From Candidatus Oxydemutatoraceae bacterium (GTDB taxonomy: Bacteria; Pseudomonadota; Gammaproteobacteria; Poriferisulfidales; Oxydemutatoraceae), in the NCBI GenBank assembly GCA_965218975.1, contig OZ244717.1:1952001-2016000 (forward strand): 64,000 bases of DNA, in the 5' to 3' direction. Each line of letters opens with the position of its first letter. Within the stretch, counting starts at the first letter, position 1. Positions 57,214 through 64,000 of this stretch are shown piece by piece. Below the pieces are notes generated by a model. That model did not search any database. It saw nothing but the letters and a program-made list of their open reading frames with translations, and was not told the DNA's origin. Made by a program: the position numbers and the translations under genes.

Positions 57214-57279
57214 TTCAAACTTAATAAGACCTTATGATAAAGTTACTGAAAATCATTCTAACAGTTTCCGACAAACAAC

Positions 57280-58023
57280 TGTACGATGCCGATACATTCC
57301 GGATTTTTTAGGGTTGTTTGGGATCAACATCCGGCACGGCGGCTGTCAACCTAAACCGGCATGCGGTCGGCGCATATTGTACCACTTCGAATATGACCAT
57401 AAACACTGTCCCGTCCTAGTGGGATATCTTAGGCGCAGACGACGGATTTCCCTAATCAGGTTTGCGGCCGGATAAAATGCGCTGTATTCCGCAGCGTCTG
57501 AATGCCAAAGGACAAACAAAACGACCGTTCAAGCACCGTTGCAGGGCACGCAAGCCGAAACACTTCAAAGCACAGTATCCGGGGCATTGCATCGCCCTGG
57601 ATACGATCGTGTGTTATCAGCACGGAGTGCGTCGCACCATCTTAACGGCCATCAATGTCTATACACGTATGGCAACAGCAGTGGCAACCAACCGCTGTAA
57701 CAGCCGCAGTGCTGCCGCATTCCTGCGCCGGGCAGAATTTCGGCAGCAGTAAAGTCTTTTGAGCTGATGAAACCGTTTTGTGTTTGTTGCCGGATTTTCG
57801 GCAAAGCGTCTGTCGTCCATGACGAGACTTGGTTCTGTCAATGAGCGCCAGCCCCGATGTCCTTGTCGGGTCGTTCGCCGCTGAAAACCGATCGGTTTTC
57901 CGGGCGCGTCTCACCCTGCACCGCCCTCATGCCGGCAACGGACAGAAAGCACCGGTCCGAATGTTACTGCCGAACTCTTCCCTCAAAGTGCTTCAAAAAT
58001 CCCATTTAGGGTGGCATCGTACA
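57280..58023. mobile_element. Hybrid IS481 remnant (locus 3): related-subfamily fragment on - (57280-~57470) fused to main-family fragment on + (~57467-58023) with one insert
   Basis: Both outer ends read TGTACGATGCC. Minus part encodes LIREIRRLRLRYP and LWSYSKWYNMRRPHAGLG*; plus part encodes PDKMR..ALDTIV..FLRRA, insert, LHRPHAG..WHRT. Confidence 0.8.
57735..57914 (-). repeat. Structured insert copy 3 (long form)
   Basis: + strand GAATTTCGGCAGCA...GCGCGTCTCAC|CCTGCAC. Confidence 0.93.
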
Positions 58024-58102
58024 AAGACGATAACCTGTCGCGTTCGTGTGATATAATGTTGATCTGATTGTTACCCCATTCCTAGCGGTGTGGTTGTACA
58101 CA

Positions 58103-59269
58103 ATGAAACCGACCAAGCCTATGTCGCATCCTGAGCTGACAGTTTTGATTCCTTGTTTGAACGAAGAGGGCGGAATTGCCGAGTGCGTACTTAAAGCACG
58201 GAAGTTTATACAGAACAATGCAATTAACGGGGAGGTTTTAGTAGTTGACAACAACAGTGACGACCGTTCTCCCGAACTGGCGAAAGAAATGGGAGCAAGG
58301 GTTATTTATATTGTGGACCGAGGTTATGGGAGGGCTCTCATCGGTGGCATTGAAGCGGCTCAAGGACAATTCATCATCATGGGAGATGGCGACGGAACAT
58401 ACGACTTCAATGCGCTGGAGCCATTCCTGGAGAAGCTGCGTAACGGCTATGACTTTGTGATCGGCAACCGGTTTAGAGAAAAAATGCATTCCGGCACTAC
58501 AATGTCGTTGCTGCATCGTATCGGCAATCCGTTGTTGTCGGGTATCGGGAAATTATTTTTTCGTTCGCACGTAAATGATTTTCACTGCGGGTTGCGCGGA
58601 TTCAGAACAGCAAGTGTGCGCGCTCTTGCATTGCAGTGCCCGGGCATGGAATTTGCCAGCGAGATGATCATTAAAGCCGTCTAAAGAAACATGCGTATCG
58701 CTGAAGTACCGACTGTGCTGCACCATGCAACCGATACTCACCGCACCGCTCACTTGAGGACTTGGAGAGACGGATGGCGTCACCTGGTTTTGATGTCGGT
58801 ACTGTCTCCCCGCTGGCTGTTTTTATATCCCGGTTGCATCTTATTCTCGATGGGCGGTTTAATAGCGACGGTTGCTCTTACGGATACTGCAGAAAACAGG
58901 TTCGGGGAATATACCCTGATATTCGGACTCGGGGCTATGACCGGCGGATTGCAAATCGTGGTTTTTTCATTGATAGCAAAGGTTTTTTATGAACGTATCG
59001 GCCTGGCCGTTGAAACACGGTGGCTGAATAGATTGCAACAGTACCGCACGCTTGCAATGAGTCTGTTGCTGGGTTTGCTGCTGCTGCTGCTTGGAGGAAT
59101 AGGCAGCGCATGGAGCTTTTTTATATTGACGCAACTCGTGGAGAGCGATTACGAAATAAGACGGCGTGTTTTAGCTGTTTCCATTATGCTAATGGTCGCT
59201 GGCCTGCAGATTATTTTTTCCAGTTTTCTGCTGACTTTATTGGCGACGCAGAAGCCTTTCAAGAACTAA
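58103..59269 (+). pseudogene. GT2 glycosyltransferase (DPM1-like, C-terminal TM region) split by one in-frame TAA
   Basis: IPCLNEE, DNNSDD, GDGDGTYD, DFHCGLRGF, EFASEM; GTC TAA AGA AAC ATG at 58679-58693 continues in frame into AEVPT..HLRTWRDGWRHL. Confidence 0.85.
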
Positions 59270-59311
59270 GTCCCCCGTCAATCGTTATCGTAGCGCTGCT
59301 TTATTTATGGT

Positions 59312-59680
59312 ATGAAAACAATCAATTATTTTTATCTGGTTTTACTTCCCCTGCTCTTATCGGGGGGACAGTTTTGCTTCAAGAAAGCGTCAATGTCCGT
59401 CGTCTTCCACTCCTTTACGCGTTTTCTGATCTCGGTCGTCACTAACCAGTATTTTTGGATCGCGCTGTTTATCTATGGCATGGCCACATTATTGTGGTTA
59501 TTTATTTTGTCGCGCGTTCCCCTGAGCAAAGCCATTCCTTTTATTGCGTTGACATACGTGATTGTGCCCGTCATGGCTGCGGTTTTTTTTGACGAGAAGC
59601 TACATTTGATGTACTGGATGGGCGTACTGATCATCATAGCTGGAGTTTATATCGCGGCGTCAAATGTATCTGCCGCCTAA
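59312..59680 (+). CDS. small DMT/EamA (ArnE/F-like) membrane protein
   Basis: Four TM segments, GQFCFK, LSRVPLSKAIPF, FFDEK. Confidence 0.8.
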   Translation: MKTINYFYLVLLPLLLSGGQFCFKKASMSVVFHSFTRFLISVVTNQYFWIALFIYGMATLLWLFILSRVPLSKAIPFIALTYVIVPVMAAVFFDEKLHLMYWMGVLIIIAGVYIAASNVSAA

Positions 59681-59775
59681 ACTTGTACGATACCACCCTA
59701 AATGGGATTTTTGAAGCGCTTTGAAGGAAGCGTTCGGCAGTAACATTCGGATCGGTGCTTTCTGTCCATTGCCGG

Positions 59776-59918
59776 GTGAGATGCGCCCGGAAAACCGATC
59801 GGTTTTCAGCGGCGAACGACCCGACAAGGACGTCGGGGCTGGGGCTCATTGACAGAACCAAGCCTCGTCATGGACGACAGACGCTTTGCCGAAAATCCGG
59901 CAGCAAACACAAAACGGT
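59776..59918 (+). repeat. Structured insert copy 4a
   Basis: TTGCCGG|GTGAG...AAAACGGT. Confidence 0.92.
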
Positions 59919-60125
59919 CCCATAACCGGTCATTGAATGCTTGCATATCGGCGAATAGCAGATCTTCTGCATGATCAATACAATCTTCTTAGACCGTACG
60001 GTTGAAGCGCCGATGTGTGCATTCATTTTCGGACACCTGGGATAGGTCAGCCATTGCTCAATCACGGGTGATTCCCGAATGAGCAGGCAAACTGTCCTTG
60101 AAACTCACTACCGCCGTCCATCAGG

Positions 60126-60304
60126 ATGAGGCGCGCCCGGAAAACCGATCGGTTTTCAGCGGCGAACGACCCAACAAGGACGTCGGGGCTGGTGCTCATT
60201 GACAGAACCAAGTCTCGTCATGGACGACAGACGCTTTGCCGAAAATCCGGCAGCAAACACAAAACGGTTTCATCAGCTCAAAGACTTTACTGCTGTCGAA
60301 ATTT
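60126..60304 (+). repeat. Structured insert copy 4b (long form)
   Basis: CATCAGG|ATGAG...TGCTGTCGAAATTT. Confidence 0.92.
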
Positions 60305-60317
60305 TGCCCGGCGCAGG

Positions 60318-60431
60318 GTGAGACGCGCTCGGAAAACCGACCGTTTTCAGCGACGAACGACCCGACAAGGATATCGGGGCTGGGCTCATTGACAGAACCA
60401 AGTTTCGTCATGGACGACGGGCGTTTTACCG
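60318..60431 (+). repeat. Structured insert copy 4c
   Basis: GGCGCAGG|GTGAG...GTTTTACCG. Confidence 0.92.
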
Positions 60432-60763
60432 GGTTGCGGCCGGACGCGCTAGCGCCTCTGGCGCGGTGCTTTGCCGCGGTCATACAAGGTGCGCTGAGTC
60501 CAGTGCGGCGATAACACCGCCGCCAACGGTACAAAGTACTGCGACCGACCTTGAATGCGTTCGAGATTACACCCCTCCCAAAATAATAGGGCATCATATT
60601 TCTATTGAAGTTTAGAGCGCTCATGAGCCTCCATTTTGTTAGCTGAATTGGCTATTTTATAGAAACCTTTGATGCGGTGGCCGATGTGTTGATATTGCAT
60701 ATCGGTCACCTTTTTGAATTAAGCCGTGAGTCCCATATGTATCTGGCACTATACAGTTAAACA

Positions 60764-60867
60764 GGCTATTCTATAGAAACCTTTGATGCGGTGACCAATG
60801 TGCTGATATTGCATATCGGTCACCTTTTTATTGAAAAGTATTTGTCCGGTATGTATCTCACTATGCA
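60764..60867 (-). mobile_element. second, degenerate IS481 left-end fragment
   Basis: Repeats TATAGAAACCTTTGATGCGGTG..GATATTGCATATCGGTCACC and a decayed terminus ATGTATCTCACTATGCA. Confidence 0.75.
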
Positions 60868-60879
60868 CCGGCCAAGGTT

Positions 60880-61170
60880 ATGAAATACTTATCCGCCATA
60901 CTAATATACATTTTTTTTACAGCAACCGGGTGGGCTGAAAAATTACCTGCACCGCTACACTATACACAAAACTGCATCGCCTGCCACGCACGTATGACCG
61001 GTGGCGACGGGAGCATTCTGTACGGCAGAAAAAATGGGCGAGTGCATAACTTGCAAGCGCTGCGTCAACAAGTTAATTACTGTCGCACATCGCTGAACTT
61101 AGATTGGAGTAAGAGCGAAGAAACGCAAGTCATTAATTATTTAAATCAAAATTTCTATCGGTTCCGATAG
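60880..61170 (+). CDS. small monoheme c-type cytochrome
   Basis: Signal peptide, CIACH, YLN..FY.F C-terminus. Confidence 0.8.
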   Translation: MKYLSAILIYIFFTATGWAEKLPAPLHYTQNCIACHARMTGGDGSILYGRKNGRVHNLQALRQQVNYCRTSLNLDWSKSEETQVINYLNQNFYRFR

Positions 61171-61184
61171 TCCTCCGAGTCAAA

Positions 61185-61787
61185 CTAGGATGATGAATAA
61201 TCGCGACGTGTGTCAAATGCCCATGAAAGAGTTGTCGCATCAATAAACTCCAGATCACCGCCAATAGGCATTCCTTGTGCCAACCGAGTTACTTTAATTT
61301 TGAATCCCGCTGCTAACTCACTAATGACATGCGCCGTTACATTCCCTTCAACTGTTGATCCGGTCGCAAGCACTAGCTCTTGAACTGCATTTTTCTCCAA
61401 GAGAATTTTTAACATGTCCAATTTAATTTCTTCCGGCCCAATGCCATCAAGCGGCGACAAACATCCATGTAACACAAAATAAATTCCTTGAAAATTCGTA
61501 CTGGACTCTATTGCCGTTAAACTTGCCGGGGTTTCAACAACACATAGCAATTTCTTATTACGTGATTTATCGCAACAGATTGAACAAATTGCTTCTCCGC
61601 TAAACATTCGGCAGTTTTGGCATTCGACAATTTTCTCTAAGGCAGTTCGAATTATCAGTGACAAATGATCTCCTCCTTGACGATCACGTTCAAGCATAAA
61701 ATAAGCAAATCGCTGTGCAGTCCTACGTCCGACTCCCGGTAAAAAAGTAAACGCCTTTATTAACTGTTGCAATAAATCATCTTTCAT
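61185..61787 (-). CDS. recR: recombination mediator RecR
   Basis: LPGVGRRTAQR, Cys4 Zn finger, LSPLDGIGP, EG..TA. Confidence 0.95.
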   Translation of the reverse strand: MKDDLLQQLIKAFTFLPGVGRRTAQRFAYFMLERDRQGGDHLSLIIRTALEKIVECQNCRMFSGEAICSICCDKSRNKKLLCVVETPASLTAIESSTNFQGIYFVLHGCLSPLDGIGPEEIKLDMLKILLEKNAVQELVLATGSTVEGNVTAHVISELAAGFKIKVTRLAQGMPIGGDLEFIDATTLSWAFDTRRDYSSS

Positions 61788-61807
61788 CGCTGATCCGGAG
61801 GCTTCAC

Positions 61808-63535
61808 TTAACCGGCATCGGACTTGGAAGGCTTAATTGAGCCGGGTACGATCGTCGCCCCCATCTGTTTTTGCAACTCTTTGATCTGCGGATTGCTTTC
61901 GATTAATTTACGTACTTGCATATCTTGTTCATACGCTTGACGTTGGTACCGCTGCGCCGGAATTTCTTCTTCAGAAACTCCAACTTTGATTCGTATTACA
62001 ATCTGCCTGCCAAAAAACCGTTTGAACGCTTCCTCAATTTCAGCTTCGCGTTCGCTAGAGCAAAGAGATTCAAACTGAGGATCAACGGTTAAACAAACTT
62101 CCGATGGCGAATTTACCGTAAGCGACGCCCCATAGCATAATTGACGCACCGAATCCTGTAATTGTAATAAATCAATCAATCGAATCCACCCTTCCACGCC
62201 GACAAATGCATCCAATTGCATTGGTGTAACGTTCGTTGTCTTTATTTCGACTGCTTCTTCGGGGGAAGCGGCAGCAGAAGCTGTTGTCGGCGCTTGCGTC
62301 TGCATAACACTCGAAGTCACTACAGGCTTACGATCAGTACATTCGGCACTGCTCTCAGCCATCAATGGGTTCACACTATTTTTAGACGAAACCTGCGACA
62401 CTTTCGAAGTTGACGAGGATGCATTTTCGGTATTGTCTGCATTCGTCAATGGTTTAAAACTAAGCATACGTAACATTGTCATTTCAAAGGCATCCTTAGG
62501 ATCGGGTAAAACCGGTAAATCACGCCTACCTTGAAGAGCAATTTGATAAAATAGTTGCACGTCTTCGGGTGTCAACATTTCAGCAAAGGCAGTCACCTCT
62601 TCCGCTTTGAATCGACCGCTTAAATCAGTCACCGAAGCGGCTTGATAAACAGCGATCTCATGCAACAAAACGATTACATCTCCCAGCAGATTTTCGAAAT
62701 TCACTGCACGAGCGTACAACATTGCAATTTTCTCGAGCAAAGGACCTGATTCATTCTGCACGATCCGACGCAATAATTCCGTCACACAACCATGCGAGGC
62801 GATGCCTAGCATCGCTTCAACTTCAGCAAGCTTGAGTTCACCGTCACCGTAAGCGATCGCTTGATCAAGCAGACTCAATGCATCGCGCACGCTTCCTTCG
62901 GCGGATAAAGCAATTTGGTGTACTGCTAATTCTTCGAATGGCACCGATTCGGATTCGAGTAGATGCATCAAATGCTGTTTTAATTCTGATGGAATCAAGC
63001 GAATCAGGTTAAATTGCAAACAGCGCGATAAAATTGTTACCGGTAACCGCTGCGGATGTGTTGTCGCAAAAAAGAATTTAACATGCTTCGGTGGCTCTTC
63101 AAGTGTCTTAAGCAGTGCATTAAAGCTGTTAGTTGACAGCATGTGAACTTCATCGATTAAGTAAATCTTGAATCTTCCTACCGCCGGAAGGTACTGAACA
63201 TTGTCCAACAGCTCACGCATATCATCAATTCCGGTTCGCGAGGCGGCATCCACTTCAACCAAATCTACAAATTTTCCTTGGTCAATATGGGTACACGACG
63301 AACACTGACCGCAAGGTGTAGCGGTAAGACCTTTCTCACAGTTCAAACACTTGGCAAGAATGCGTGCAAGCGTGGTTTTGCCGACACCGCGCGTACCGGA
63401 AAACAAATATGCGTGATGCAGGCGATTGAGCTGAAGCGCATTGCTTAATGCACGCACCACATGTTCTTGCCCGACAACGGCGTCAAACGTTTTTGGTCGC
63501 CACTTTCGCGCTAATACTTGGTAACTCATCCGCAC
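61808..63535 (-). CDS. dnaX: DNA polymerase III gamma/tau
   Basis: YQVLARKWRP, GTRGVGKTT, IDEVHML, SRC. Confidence 0.97.
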   Translation of the reverse strand: MRMSYQVLARKWRPKTFDAVVGQEHVVRALSNALQLNRLHHAYLFSGTRGVGKTTLARILAKCLNCEKGLTATPCGQCSSCTHIDQGKFVDLVEVDAASRTGIDDMRELLDNVQYLPAVGRFKIYLIDEVHMLSTNSFNALLKTLEEPPKHVKFFFATTHPQRLPVTILSRCLQFNLIRLIPSELKQHLMHLLESESVPFEELAVHQIALSAEGSVRDALSLLDQAIAYGDGELKLAEVEAMLGIASHGCVTELLRRIVQNESGPLLEKIAMLYARAVNFENLLGDVIVLLHEIAVYQAASVTDLSGRFKAEEVTAFAEMLTPEDVQLFYQIALQGRRDLPVLPDPKDAFEMTMLRMLSFKPLTNADNTENASSSTSKVSQVSSKNSVNPLMAESSAECTDRKPVVTSSVMQTQAPTTASAAASPEEAVEIKTTNVTPMQLDAFVGVEGWIRLIDLLQLQDSVRQLCYGASLTVNSPSEVCLTVDPQFESLCSSEREAEIEEAFKRFFGRQIVIRIKVGVSEEEIPAQRYQRQAYEQDMQVRKLIESNPQIKELQKQMGATIVPGSIKPSKSDAG

Positions 63536-63556
63536 CGTTTATTCGCTGCAAGCTGC

Positions 63557-64000
63557 TTATAAGCCCAACACATCTTCCATTCCATATAAACCCGCAGGTT
63601 TATTATGTACCCATTGTGCCGCACGTGCCGCACCTCGGGCGAAAGCAAGGCGACTCAACGCACGATGTGTAATTTCAATACTTTCGCCATCTAAAGTAAA
63701 TGCAACGGTATGTTCGCCGACGGCATCGCCTGCTCGAATGATTTGGAAACCCAATTTATCTTTCGTTCGCGGAATTGGCATATTACGCAAATCATAAACC
63801 GCCGCGTCCGAGAGGTTTAATCCTAACTGCTCGGCAACAATGCCCCCCATTTTCAAAGCAGTCCCGGACGGAGAATCAACTTTGTTGCGATGATGCATAT
63901 CGCTAATGTCAATGTCGGCAATACCTTTTAATGCGGCAGCGGATTGTTCAATCAGACGAAAGCATAGAGCAACTCCCAAACTCATATTCGGCGCAAATAC
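63557..64000 (-). CDS. dapB: 4-hydroxy-tetrahydrodipicolinate reductase, 5' end outside window
   Basis: HHRNKVDSPSGTAL, GEHTV, FARGA, GLYGMEDVL. Confidence 0.93.
   Translation of the reverse strand, partial: VFAPNMSLGVALCFRLIEQSAAALKGIADIDISDMHHRNKVDSPSGTALKMGGIVAEQLGLNLSDAAVYDLRNMPIPRTKDKLGFQIIRAGDAVGEHTVAFTLDGESIEITHRALSRLAFARGAARAAQWVHNKPAGLYGMEDVLGL

Larger units (their letters stand above)
59684..60755 (-). mobile_element. Defective IS481-family element (locus 4) with three inserts
   Basis: Ends TGTACGATACCA.. and TGTATAGTGCCA..; collinear frameshifted transposase pieces; flanks AAACT vs GTTAA (no TSD). Confidence 0.85.

Noticed and set aside
57762-57790. CTGATGA as a hammerhead ribozyme core
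   Set aside because: I could not build a stem II closed by GAAA with matching stems I and III, and the motif is absent from most copies.
57843-57914. Canonical group II intron domains V-VI (34-nt GAGCG..CGTTC stem, unit ending AC)
   Set aside because: There is no GNRA loop, no 2-nt 3' bulge and no bulged A near the 3' end. Kept only as a loose hypothesis, not annotated.
57275-60872. Intact composite transposon with a TSD
   Set aside because: Outer flanks ACAAC versus GTTAA or CCGGC do not match, so it is reported only as composite-like.

Overview
This is a gene-dense gammaproteobacterial chromosome segment made up mostly of housekeeping genes (kds/lpt, PTS-Ntr/rapZ, mgtE, sat-cysC, clpB-pgeF-rluD-bamD-nadE, pilACD-coaE, tyrS, anmK, argC, rpsL-rpsG-fusA-tuf-trnW-secE-nusG-rplKAJL-rpoBC, folP, lepA-mucD-rseC, nadB, orn, recR-dnaX, dapB). 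Several canonical operons look eroded or rearranged: rpoN, ptsH/ptsI, rpoE-rseAB, pilB, lepB and ybaB are missing from their usual positions, kdsC-lptCAB is inverted, and the str operon is joined through tuf to the secE-rpoBC cluster. This fits a streamlined, possibly host-associated genome (inference). The main signal is four defective IS481-family elements (7013-7675, 45073-46767, 57280-58023, 59684-60755) carrying 11 copies of a structured non-coding insert of about 100-180 bp. Each copy has one precise end (GTGAG, once ATGAG) placed directly after host CAGG (once CCGG). The other end is ragged, often joins the host at a microhomology, and appears to replace tens of bp of transposase DNA. 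All copies face the same way relative to the transposase. It looks like a small target-primed or strand-transfer element that repeatedly hits IS481; no candidate enzyme is encoded in this window.
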